DNA of 43,499 nucleotides from Candidatus Sericytochromatia bacterium (GTDB lineage Bacteria; Cyanobacteriota; Sericytochromatia; S15B-MN24; JAQBPE01): NCBI GenBank assembly GCA_035285125.1, contig JAYKHR010000001.1, positions 1 to 43,499 of the forward strand, read 5' to 3'. Shown piece by piece: positions 29,920 to 40,089 of this stretch (position 1 is its first letter; each line of letters starts with the position of its first letter). The notes under the pieces were generated by a model. It saw only the letters and a program-made list of their open reading frames with translations, ran no database searches and was not told where the DNA came from. The position numbers and the translations under genes were made by a program.

Positions 29920-31793
29920 GCCAGCGCCGCGGCCTGGGTGGGCTCGTGGTAGGTGGCGACGAGCGCCTTGAGGGCCTCGCGCACGCGGCGGGCGTCGCCG
30001 CTGTCGGCCGCGGCCAGCAGCCCCGTCAGGCCGGCCTCCAGCGCCTCGCGGCTCAGCACCTCGGGGCGGGCCACGTGGATCTTCTCATGGCGGGTCGCCT
30101 GCACCCCCTCTTCGGCCGTCAGCAGCTCCTCGTAGAGCTTCTCGCCAGGGCGCAGGCCGGTGAAGCGCAGCTTGATGTCGACGTCCGGCTCCAGCCCGCT
30201 CAGCCGGACCAGGTCGCGGGCGAGGTCCGCGATGCGGACGGGCTCGCCCATGTCGAGCACGAAGACCTCGCCCCCGCTCCCGATCGCGCCAGCCTGGATC
30301 ACGAGCTGGCTCGCCTCCGGGATGGTCATGAAGAAGCGCGTGATGTCCGGGTGCGTGACGGTCACGGGGCCGCCCGCCGCGATCTGCTGCTTGAAGAGCG
30401 GGATCACGCTGCCCCGGCTGTCGAGCACGTTGCCGAACCGCACGGCCATGAACCGGGTCTGCGAGCGGCTCGCGAGCTCGCTGACGACCAGCTCCGCGAC
30501 GCGCTTGGTGGCGCCCATGACGTTGGTGGGGTTCACGGCCTTGTCCGTCGAGATCAGCACGAAGGTCTCGACGTGGTGGGCGTGCGCGAGCTCGGCCACC
30601 GTGCGCGTCCCGACGACGTTGTTGCGCACGGCCTCGGCCGGCTGGCGCTCCATCAGGGGCACGTGCTTGTGGGCGGCGGCGTGGAACACGACCTCTGGCC
30701 GGTGCTGCTCGAACAGCTGGCGCATGGCGACCGCGTCGCGCACGTCGCCCACGAGCGGCACCACCTCGAGGCCAGGGTAGCGCTGGCGCAGCTCCTGGTC
30801 GACGAGGTAGACGCTGTGCTCCCCCTTGCCGAGCACGAGCAGCCGCGCCGGGCCGAGGCGCGCGAGCTGCCGGCACAGCTCGGCCCCGATGGAGCCGCCG
30901 CCTCCCGTCACGAGCACCGTCCGGCCGCTGACGTAGCGCCCGGCCAGGGCATGGTCGAGCTCCACCGGCTCGCGCCGCAGCAGGTCCTCGATCTCGACTG
31001 AGCGCAGGGCCTTGAGCTCCACCGTGCCCGTGATGAGATCATGCACGGCTGGCAGGGTCTTCGGGTTCACGCGGGCCTCCTGGCATACGGCCAGGATCGC
31101 GCGCATCTGCGTGCGGCTGGCTGAAGGCACGCACAGCAGCACCTCGTCGATGCCCATTGAAGCCATCAGCCCCGGCAGCGCCTGCACCGGCCCCAGGATG
31201 GGGATGCCGAGCAGCCGGCTGCCGTGCTTGCGCGGGTCGTCATCGAGGAAGCCGACGGCCTCGAGGTGGCGCTGCAGCCCGACCTCGCGGGCGATCATCC
31301 GGCCCGCCTCGCCGGCCCCCACGAGCAGCACCCGCCGCGCCTTGGCCGCCGGCCTCGGCTGCCACTCCGCCACGGTGCGGCGGAGGGCCCGCAGCCCGAT
31401 CACCCCGAGCAGGCACAGGCCCCAGTCCAGTGCCAGGATTCCCCACGGGATGCGCGTCGCCAGCGCCGCATGGCCGAGCAGGAAGAGCGCCCCCGTCACG
31501 GCCGAGGTCGCGAGCACGATGTCGCGGGCCTCCCGCAGGCTCACGAAGCGCCACAGCTGGTGGTGCACGCCGAAGGGCAGGCGCGCCACCAGCCAAAGCC
31601 CGAGCACGAGCGGCAGCAGGGACGCCATCTGGGCCCGGTAGGCGGGTGGCACCAGCCCGTCGAAGCGGACGAGGTAGGCGCCGTACCAGGCCCCGGCCGC
31701 GACGGCGAGGTCAAGCGTGGCCTGCAGCAGCCGCGGCAGGGTGAGGGAGGTGGCGAGCCAGGCGGCGTGGCGGGGCTGCAGGGGGGAGGTCAC
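29904..31793 (-). CDS. Membrane-anchored UDP-GlcNAc 4,6-dehydratase (PglF/CapD/WbpM family)
   Basis: N-terminal TMs; VGAGEAG; IEDLLRRE; TGGGGSIGAEL; FHAAAHKHVP; STDKAVNPTNVMGATK; RFGNVLDSRGSV; GLRPGEKLYEEL; GTGA overlap. Confidence 0.94.
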   Translation of the reverse strand: MTSPLQPRHAAWLATSLTLPRLLQATLDLAVAAGAWYGAYLVRFDGLVPPAYRAQMASLLPLVLGLWLVARLPFGVHHQLWRFVSLREARDIVLATSAVTGALFLLGHAALATRIPWGILALDWGLCLLGVIGLRALRRTVAEWQPRPAAKARRVLLVGAGEAGRMIAREVGLQRHLEAVGFLDDDPRKHGSRLLGIPILGPVQALPGLMASMGIDEVLLCVPSASRTQMRAILAVCQEARVNPKTLPAVHDLITGTVELKALRSVEIEDLLRREPVELDHALAGRYVSGRTVLVTGGGGSIGAELCRQLARLGPARLLVLGKGEHSVYLVDQELRQRYPGLEVVPLVGDVRDAVAMRQLFEQHRPEVVFHAAAHKHVPLMERQPAEAVRNNVVGTRTVAELAHAHHVETFVLISTDKAVNPTNVMGATKRVAELVVSELASRSQTRFMAVRFGNVLDSRGSVIPLFKQQIAAGGPVTVTHPDITRFFMTIPEASQLVIQAGAIGSGGEVFVLDMGEPVRIADLARDLVRLSGLEPDVDIKLRFTGLRPGEKLYEELLTAEEGVQATRHEKIHVARPEVLSREALEAGLTGLLAAADSGDARRVREALKALVATYHEPTQAAALAQEPT

Positions 31794-33025
31794 GGCGCGG
31801 CCCCTGGCTGCTGCGCCACCCGCATCACCTTGGCGATCGCCGTGCAGACGTCCTGCACGTCGGCGTCCGCCAGCGTCGGGTGCACCAGGAACATCAGCGA
31901 GGTCTCGTGGAGCTCGCGCGCGACGGGCAGCCGCTCGGCGGGTTGCCACTCGGCCGGGAAGGCCAGCTCGCGGTAGATCTCGCCGCAGCTGCCCGCGAGG
32001 CAGGGCACGCCCTCGGCGGCGATGGCGGCCATGACGCGGTCGCGGTCCCAGCCGGGGGCCAGCCTTTCTGGCCGCACGAAGGCGTAGAACTTGTACCAGG
32101 CGTGCCCCACGTGCGCGGGCGGCACGGGCACGCGCAGCGCGGGGAAGGGCTCGCAGGCGGCCCGCAGGGCCTCGGCATGCCGCCGGCGCGTCGCGAGCCA
32201 GCCCGCCAGCTTGCGCAGCGCCACGCGCCCGAGGGCCGCCTGCGGCTCCGTCAGGCGCATGTTGGTGCCCCACGACTCGTGCACCCAGCGGAAGCCCGGC
32301 GGGTGCTCCCGGTGGTAGATCGCGTCGTGGCTCTTGCCGTGGTCCTTGTAGCTCCAGGCCCGCGCCCACAGGGCCGGGTCCCGCATCGTCACCATCCCGC
32401 CCTCGCCTCCCGTCGTCAGGATCTTGTCCTGGCAGAACGAGAAGGCGCCCACGTCGCCGAGCCCGCCCACGGGGCGGCCCCGGTAGGTGGCCCCGAGGGC
32501 CTGCGCGCAGTCCTCGATCACGGCCACGCCGCGCGCCCGGCAAAGCGCCAGCAGCGGATCGAGCTCGACGGGCCAGCCGGCGAGGTGCACGGCGATCACG
32601 GCCTTCGTGCGGGGCGTCAGCACGGCGGCGACCGTCTCGGCCGTGAGGTTCTGGCTGTCGGCGTCGACCTCCGCGATCACGGGCCTGGCCCCGACGGCCA
32701 CGGCCGCGCTGGCGGAGGCGATGAAGGTGCGGGCCGTCGTCACGACCTCGTCTCCGGGCCCGACGCCGAGGGCCTTGAGGGCGAGTTCCAGCGCGACGGT
32801 GCCGTTCGACAGGGCGATCGCGTAGGGCACGTCCACCAGGCCGGCGAACTCGCACTCGAACTCGCGTCCCTCCGTGCCCGTCCAGTAGTTCACCTTGCCC
32901 GAGCGCAGCACGGCCGCGGCGGCCTCGACCTCGTCAGGCGCGAAGTGCGGCCACGGCGGCAGGGGGGTGGTCCGGACGGGGGCGCCGCCCTCGAGGGCGA
33001 GTGTGGGGGCGGGGGCGGTCGTCAT
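31790..33025 (-). CDS. DegT/DnrJ/EryC1/StrS PLP-dependent sugar aminotransferase (PglE-like)
   Basis: SGKVNYWTG, NGTVALELAL, TFIASAS, VHLAGWP, IEDCAQA, FSFCQDKILTTGGEGG; ATG 33025 lies 7 nt after TACAAT (alternative start 33034). Confidence 0.93.
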   Translation of the reverse strand: MTTAPAPTLALEGGAPVRTTPLPPWPHFAPDEVEAAAAVLRSGKVNYWTGTEGREFECEFAGLVDVPYAIALSNGTVALELALKALGVGPGDEVVTTARTFIASASAAVAVGARPVIAEVDADSQNLTAETVAAVLTPRTKAVIAVHLAGWPVELDPLLALCRARGVAVIEDCAQALGATYRGRPVGGLGDVGAFSFCQDKILTTGGEGGMVTMRDPALWARAWSYKDHGKSHDAIYHREHPPGFRWVHESWGTNMRLTEPQAALGRVALRKLAGWLATRRRHAEALRAACEPFPALRVPVPPAHVGHAWYKFYAFVRPERLAPGWDRDRVMAAIAAEGVPCLAGSCGEIYRELAFPAEWQPAERLPVARELHETSLMFLVHPTLADADVQDVCTAIAKVMRVAQQPGAAP

Positions 33026-33065
33026 GGGTGCCATTGTACCGCGAGGTTGGATCTTGCCGAGGGCC

Positions 33066-33389
33066 TCAACTGGCCTGGTTCAAGGGATTCACCTCGACCT
33101 CGAGACGCTGGCCGAGGGCCAGGCGCTGTACCTCGAGATCGTGGTCGGCTTGCAGACCCATCCAGAGCTCTGCGGAGACCCCGAAGAAGCGACCGAGCCG
33201 CAAGGCCGTGTCTGCGGTGACTCCCCGCGTGCCGCGAATGACGGCGTGGATGCGGGAAACCGGGATGCCGGTGCCGACAGCCAAGGCCGTCTGGGTCAGC
33301 CCCATCGGCTGGATGAAATCGTGCCAGAGCACGTCCCCAGGGTGGACGGGCGCCAGGCGATCGGGATCACGAAGCTGGAACTTGGACAT
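33066..33389 (-). CDS. higA: HigA-family antitoxin (HTH-XRE)
   Basis: PVHPGDVL..DFIQPMGLTQTALA, VTADTALRLGRFFGVSAELWMGLQ; GAGGAG upstream. Confidence 0.94.
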   Translation of the reverse strand: MSKFQLRDPDRLAPVHPGDVLWHDFIQPMGLTQTALAVGTGIPVSRIHAVIRGTRGVTADTALRLGRFFGVSAELWMGLQADHDLEVQRLALGQRLEVEVNPLNQAS

Positions 33390-33399
33390 CCTCGGCTCC

Positions 33400-33681
33400 T
33401 CAGTGATAGTCCACGATCTCAACGGCTTCGGGGCCGTGCGAGCCCCAAATGAAGCAGATGCGCCACTGGTCGTTGATGCGAAGAGAGTGCTCCCCTGCCC
33501 GATCACCCTTCAAGGCCTCCAGCCGGTTTCCAGGTGGAACCCGGAGGTCTGTCAGGGACTGGGCTCGGTGCAGGTAGCGCAGCTTGCGGCGTGCTGTTTC
33601 CTGAATCTCACCGGGCAGCCGTCGGCTGCGCTCGCCGTTGAAGATCCGTTCGGTCTCGGCGCACCCGAAGGATTGGATCAT
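33400..33681 (-). CDS. higB: HigB toxin (RelE/ParE superfamily)
   Basis: MIQSF, ARRKL, DLRVPPGNRLEALKGDRAGEHSLRINDQWRICFIW, VEIVDYH; toxin-before-antitoxin order. Confidence 0.95.
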   Translation of the reverse strand: MIQSFGCAETERIFNGERSRRLPGEIQETARRKLRYLHRAQSLTDLRVPPGNRLEALKGDRAGEHSLRINDQWRICFIWGSHGPEAVEIVDYH

Positions 33682-33690
33682 GGTCTCTTC

Positions 33691-33719
33691 AGCATAGTGG
33701 ATTTACCGTTTCCCGTAAA
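33691..33719 (-). promoter_or_regulatory. higBA promoter overlapping a palindromic operator
   Basis: Minus strand TTTACG-N17-TATGCT; imperfect inverted repeat tttaccg-tttc-ccgtaaa (33702-33719) covers the -35 and spacer. Confidence 0.7.
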
Positions 33720-33760
33720 GTGGAAAGCCGCGATCGACGGATCCACGTGAACGGCGGGCC

Positions 33761-34366
33761 TCACCGTGACCGAGCCGGCACTCCCACCACCAGGCTGTCG
33801 GCCGCCACGTCGCGCACGAGCACGGCGCCCGCCCCCGTGCGCGCCCAGGCGCCCACGCGGATGCCCGGGATCGCGACGGTGCCCACGCCGAGGAAGGCGC
33901 CCTCCTCGACCGTGACGCCGCCCGCGAGGTGGCAGCCGGGGGCCACGTGGGCGTGGGCGCCGAGGCGGTTGTCGTGGTCGAGCGTGGCGCCGGTGTTCAC
34001 GATGGCGTTGGCCCCCACCTCGGTGTCCAGGTTGATCACCGCCCCGGCCGCCACCATGACGCCCTCGCCGAGCGTCACGCGGCCGGCGACCACCGCCCGC
34101 GGGTGGATGGCCGTCAGTAGCGGCACACCGGCCGCTCGCAGGGCCTCGAACACCCGCCGGCGCGCCGCGTTGTCGCCGATGGCCACCACCACGCCGTCGT
34201 GGGGGGGCAGCGCCTCGCGCGCGGCAACGACGGGCAGGCCCAGCAGGGGCTGGGCCGCGGGCGCGTCCGAGACGAAGCCCACCACGGCGTCGCCCGCCGC
34301 CGTCAGGATGTCCCAGACGACCTTGGCATGGCCCCCGGCCCCGTACACCGCAACGCGCCTAGGCAC
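33761..34366 (-). CDS. Hexapeptide-repeat sugar acetyltransferase (PglD/NeuD family)
   Basis: VYGAGGHAKVV, VAIGDNAARR, IHPRA, NTGATLDHD, HVAPG, VVGVPAR. Confidence 0.93.
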   Translation of the reverse strand: MPRRVAVYGAGGHAKVVWDILTAAGDAVVGFVSDAPAAQPLLGLPVVAAREALPPHDGVVVAIGDNAARRRVFEALRAAGVPLLTAIHPRAVVAGRVTLGEGVMVAAGAVINLDTEVGANAIVNTGATLDHDNRLGAHAHVAPGCHLAGGVTVEEGAFLGVGTVAIPGIRVGAWARTGAGAVLVRDVAADSLVVGVPARSR

Positions 34367-34462
34367 GCGGGGGGCGCTTCCGGCGGGAGGCCGCCAGCGT
34401 GGGATCCGGCTGTTGCGGTGGGCTGGGCAAGGGGCCTCCGGCGGGTGAGGGAGCCGCGGCCA

Positions 34463-35620
34463 TCATACCCGGGCCAGCTCCGCCGCCAGCGCCGCGACCA
34501 CCCGCTCGCACACGTGCGCCTCGTCGAACTCGGCCGCGGCGCGCGCCTGTCCTGCCGCGCCGAGCCGGGCCCGCAGCCCCGGGTCGACGACCAGCCGCTC
34601 CAACCGGTTGGCCAGCTCGGCGACGTCGCGCGTGGGCACGAGGAAGCCCGTCTCGCCCTCGACGACCTCCTCGCGGCAGCCCCGGATGTCGGTCGCGACG
34701 ACGGGGCGGCCCGCCGCCATCGCCTCCAGGATCGAGCGGGGCATCCCTTCCCGGTACGAGGGCAGGGTGAAGACGTCCATCAGGTGCATGAGCGGGGGGA
34801 TGTCCTCGGTGTAGCCCGTGAAGTGGACGCGGCCCTTCAGGGGGGGCTGGGCGACGAGCCGGGCCAGCTCCGCCTGGAAGCCGTCCCGGTCCCCCGGGAA
34901 CGCCCCGCCCACCACCAGGAAAGCCACCTCCGGCAGCCGTGTCGCGATGGCGCGGGCCGCAAGGAAGAACTCCCGGAAGCCCTTCTCCTCGACGAGACGC
35001 CCCACCGTGCCCACCACGAGCTGGTCCTCGCCAATGCCGAGCCGGCGGCGCCAGGCCTCCACCCGCTCGGGGGCCACGGCCGCGAACTCGGCCACGGGCA
35101 CGCCGTTGCCGATCGCCTGCACGGCCCCGGCCGGCATGATGCCCTCGCGCACGGCCGTGGCCGCGTCCTCGGCGCTCTGCGTCAGCAGCAGGTCCGTCAG
35201 GCGCCCGAGCCCGCGCTCCAGCCACACGTGCCGGCGGCGGCGCCCCGGCGGCATCTCGTCGTGGAAGTAGAAGCCGTGGGCCGTGTAGGCCACGTGCGGC
35301 ACGCCGGCCAGCCGGGCCGCCACGCGGCCGACCATCGCCGCCACGGGCGTGTGCACGTGCACCATGTCGAAGCGCTCGCGCACCATCAGGTCCCGCAGGC
35401 GCAGCACCGAGGCGGCGTGCTGCGCCACGTTCGTGCTGCGCGCGATGGGCACGGCGTGCGTGTGGAGGCCCAGCGCGCGCAGGCGCGGCAGCGCGGGGCC
35501 GTCCGAGCAGGCCACGTGCACCTCCCAGCCCGCGTCGCGCATCGCGAGCAGCTGCGCGCGCAGCAGCAGCCACGCCGTGCTGTCGATGGCGCAGACCTGC
35601 AGGATGCGGGCAGGGGCCAT
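34463..35620 (-). CDS. GT4 glycosyltransferase (PglA/CapM-like)
   Basis: VHVHTPVA, YTAHGFYFH, GNGV, GRLVEEKG, LPSYREGMPRSILEAMAAGRPVVATDIRGCRE. Confidence 0.92.
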   Translation of the reverse strand: MAPARILQVCAIDSTAWLLLRAQLLAMRDAGWEVHVACSDGPALPRLRALGLHTHAVPIARSTNVAQHAASVLRLRDLMVRERFDMVHVHTPVAAMVGRVAARLAGVPHVAYTAHGFYFHDEMPPGRRRRHVWLERGLGRLTDLLLTQSAEDAATAVREGIMPAGAVQAIGNGVPVAEFAAVAPERVEAWRRRLGIGEDQLVVGTVGRLVEEKGFREFFLAARAIATRLPEVAFLVVGGAFPGDRDGFQAELARLVAQPPLKGRVHFTGYTEDIPPLMHLMDVFTLPSYREGMPRSILEAMAAGRPVVATDIRGCREEVVEGETGFLVPTRDVAELANRLERLVVDPGLRARLGAAGQARAAAEFDEAHVCERVVAALAAELARV

Positions 35621-35622
35621 CC

Positions 35623-36662
35623 TCAGGCTGCCCGCAGGGCCTGGTCCAGGTACCACGGCAGGGCCTCGGCCAGCCCGGCCGCCAGCGTGTGGGTGGGGGC
35701 ATAGCCCAGCAGGCGCGCCGCCTTGCCGATGTCGGCCAGCGAGTGCCGGACGTCGCCCGCCCGGAAGGCCTGGTGCTCGGGCGTCAGCCCGGCCACCGCC
35801 GGGTGCGAGGCCGCGAGGCCGTCCCGGATGGCCGCGTGGAGCTCGGTGAGCGTCGTGCGCTCGCCACAGGCGACGTTGTAGACCTGGTTCGCCGCGTCCG
35901 GGTGCTCCGTGCAGCCCGCCAGGAGGTTGGCCTGCACCACGTTCTCGACATAGCAAAAGTCCCGGCTCGTCTCGCCGTCGCCGTTGATGACGCACCGCTC
36001 GCCCGCGAGCAGCGTGGCGATCCAGCGCGGGATCACGGCCGCGTAGGGGCCCTCCGGCCGCTGGCGGCGGCCGAACACGTTGAAGTAGCGCAGCCCGATC
36101 GCTGAGACGCCGTAGGTCCGGGCGAAGACGCCGGCGTAGACCTCGTCGAAGAGCTTGGTGGCGGCATAGGGCGAGAGCGGCTCGCCGATGGCGTGCTCCA
36201 CCTTGGGCAGCGTGGGGTGGTCGCCGTAGACCGAGCTCGAGCTCGCGTACACGAAGCGCGCCACGCCCGCGTCCTTGGCTGCCACCAGCATGTTCAGGAA
36301 GCCGTCGACGTTGGCGCGGTGGCTGCCGATGGGGTCCGCGATCGAGCGCGGCACGGAGCCCAGCGCGGCCTGGTGGAGCACCACCTCGACCCCCTCGCAG
36401 GCGGCCCGGCAGGCCGCGAGGTCGGTGATGTCGGCCTCGTGGAACGTGAAGCGCCGCCAGGCCGCCTCGCCGACGCCCGCGCGCACCTCGTCCAGCGACG
36501 CCCGCAGCCCCGTCGAGAGGTTGTCGAGCCCCACCACGCGCTGGTCGAGGCGCAGCAAGGCCTCCAGCAGGTTGGAGCCGATGAAGCCAGCCGCCCCCGT
36601 CACGAGCCAGGTGCGGGGGCGGGCGCGGAGGGCGAGCTGGGTGAGGTCGTAGGGGGAGGCCA

Positions 36663-36663
<1 letters not shown>
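35623..36663 (-). CDS. wbpP: UDP-GlcNAc/GlcNAcA 4-epimerase (WbpP/TviC family)
   Basis: [83 protein letters not shown]. Confidence 0.92.
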
Positions 36664-37932
<1,269 letters not shown>

Positions 37933-37940
<8 letters not shown>

Positions 37941-39909
37941 GGACACCTTCCTGCACGGTGGGGCTGTGGGGCCCCCTATTGTTCTCCAGCCAGGCCTGGA
38001 ACATCAAGATGTGCCAGATCTCGTAGGCCGCGTTCACCCGGCCGCTCAGGTGGCCCTCCCAGCGCGCCCGCACCCGGGTGGGCTCGAAGAACCCCTCCTG
38101 GCGCAGCCGCTCGGGGGCGAGCAGGGCCTCCGCCCATTCGCGCAGCGGCCCCTGCAGCCAGGCGTGGATGGGCACGCCGAAGCCCATCTTGGGGCGCTCG
38201 ACCAGGGTGGGGGGCACGTGGCGGTGGAGCACCTGGCGCAGCACCCACTTGCCCACCCCGTCGCGCACCTTGTAGGCCAAAGGCAGGCGCCAGGCGAACT
38301 CGACCACGCGGTGGTCGAGGAAGGGCACCCGGGTCTCGAGGCTCACGCCCATGGCTGCGCGGTCCACCTTGCACAGGATGTCGTCCGGCAGGTAGGTCAC
38401 CATGTCAGCTGCCATCATCTCCTGGAAGAAGGGCGTGGCGCTTGGCCGCAGGGCCGCCGACGTGAGCGTGGTGAGGTGCTCGCGCGCGCCGACGACCACG
38501 GCCTCGGGGGCTGCGCAGGTGCTCACGAGGTGGTGGTACAGGGCGTGGCGGTCCGAGATGCCCAGCAGCGCCGCGCCCCGGTGGAGCTTGTCGCCCATGT
38601 TGGCGTCGCGCCAGCGGGCGGGCAGCAGGCGTCGGGCGGGGCGCAGGGCGGCGTTCCACGCCGGCATCGGCACGCCCGTGATCGCCGCCGCCGTGAGCCG
38701 ACGCACCGCCGCCGGGAGCTGGCCGAGCTGGCGCCAGGCGGCGTCGACGACCTGGTAGCGGCTGTAGCCGCCAAAAAGCTCGTCGCCCGCGTCGCCGGAG
38801 AGCGAGACCGTCACCTGCCGGCGAGCCAGCGCGCTGACCAGGAAGGTGGGCAGCTGAGAGGAGTCGGCGAAGGGCTCCGAGTAGAGCGCCGGGAGGCGGG
38901 GGATCACGGCGAGGGCGTCGGCGGGCGTGACGTAGAGCTCGGTGTGGTCCGTGCCGAGGTGGGCGGCCACGGCGCGGGCGTGCTGGGCCTCGTCATAGCC
39001 ATCCTCCTGGAACCCGATCGAGAAGGTGCGCACGGGGCCCCGGTTGAGCCGCCGCATGAGCGCCGCCACCGTCGAGCTGTCGATGCCGCCCGACAAGAAG
39101 GCGCCCACGGGGACGTCGCCCATCAGCTGCCCCTCGACGGCCTGCGTGAGCAGGCGCTCGAGCTCGTCGACGGCCTCGTCGGGCGAGCCTGAGAAGGGGT
39201 CGGCCAGCCCGGCCTCGACCACGTCGCGCGCGTCCCAGTAGGGCGCGGGCTCTCCGTGGCTGCCATCCGCCTGGACCGTCAGGGTGGTGCCCGGCGGCAG
39301 CTTCCGCACGCCCTCGTGGATCGACCAGGGGGCCGGGATGTAGCCGTGGCGCAGCAGCAGCGCGAGGCTGCCGCGGTCGACGCGCCCCTCGAAGCCGGGG
39401 TGGGCGCGCAGGGCCGCGAGCTCGGAGCCGACCACCAGGGCCCCCCCCTGGTGGCCGTAGTAGAGCGGCTTCTCGCCCAGGCGGTCGCGCGCCAGCGTCA
39501 GCGTGCGCGCGACGCGGTCCCACAGCGCGAAGGCGAACATCCCCACGCAGCGCGTCAGGGTCTCGCGCACGCCCCAGGCCTCGAAGGCGGCGAGCAGGGT
39601 CTCGGTGTCGGAGCGCCCGCGCCAGGCCGGCGCCTGCCCGGCCGCGGCGAGGGCCTCGCGCAGCGCGAGGTGGTTGTAGATCTCACCGTTGAAGCTCAGC
39701 ACCAGGCGGCCGCCGGCGGAGGCCATCGGCTGGTGGCCCGCGGGCGAGAGGTCCACGATGGAGAGGCGGACGTGCCCGAGCGCCAGCTGGGCCTCGGGGT
39801 CCGCCCATACGCCCTGGTCGTCAGGGCCGCGGTGGGCGATGCGGGCGGCCATGGCCGCCGCGACCTCGGGGGTGGCGTGCCGTCCGAGCACGCCCACGAT
39901 GCCGCACAT
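37933..39909 (-). CDS. asnB: Asparagine synthase (glutamine-hydrolysing)-like amidotransferase, WbpS-type, copy 1
   Basis: N-terminal MCGI, HRGPDD, FNGEIYN, SDTE, GMFAFA, RDRLGEKPLYY, FLSGGIDSS, EPFADSSQ, SGDAGDELFGGY, KVDRAAM, PKMGFG. Confidence 0.93.
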
Positions 39910-40089
39910 CAGCCTTGTTGGCCTCCGAGGTCCCCCGCGGCCGGGGGCAGCCAGCCCTTCGAGGGCCGGTGGTGGGGGCGGCTGGCGCCGGGTGTGGCAG
40001 GCGGGCGTCCGATGGTCTAGGGTCCCGGGCGTGGGGTGGGGGGCTTGCAGATGATAGCAGACCCCGGTGCTGGCCTGCGAAACCGTGCC

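Noticed and set aside
31794..32855. Apparent 354-aa N-terminal extension making PglF a 983-aa protein
   Set aside because: Off-frame read-through of the aminotransferase gene; the real start is the GTG at 31793 overlapping its stop.
33001..33750. 249-aa and 185-aa plus-strand ORFs over the TA locus
   Set aside because: Antisense to clearly recognisable higA and higB.
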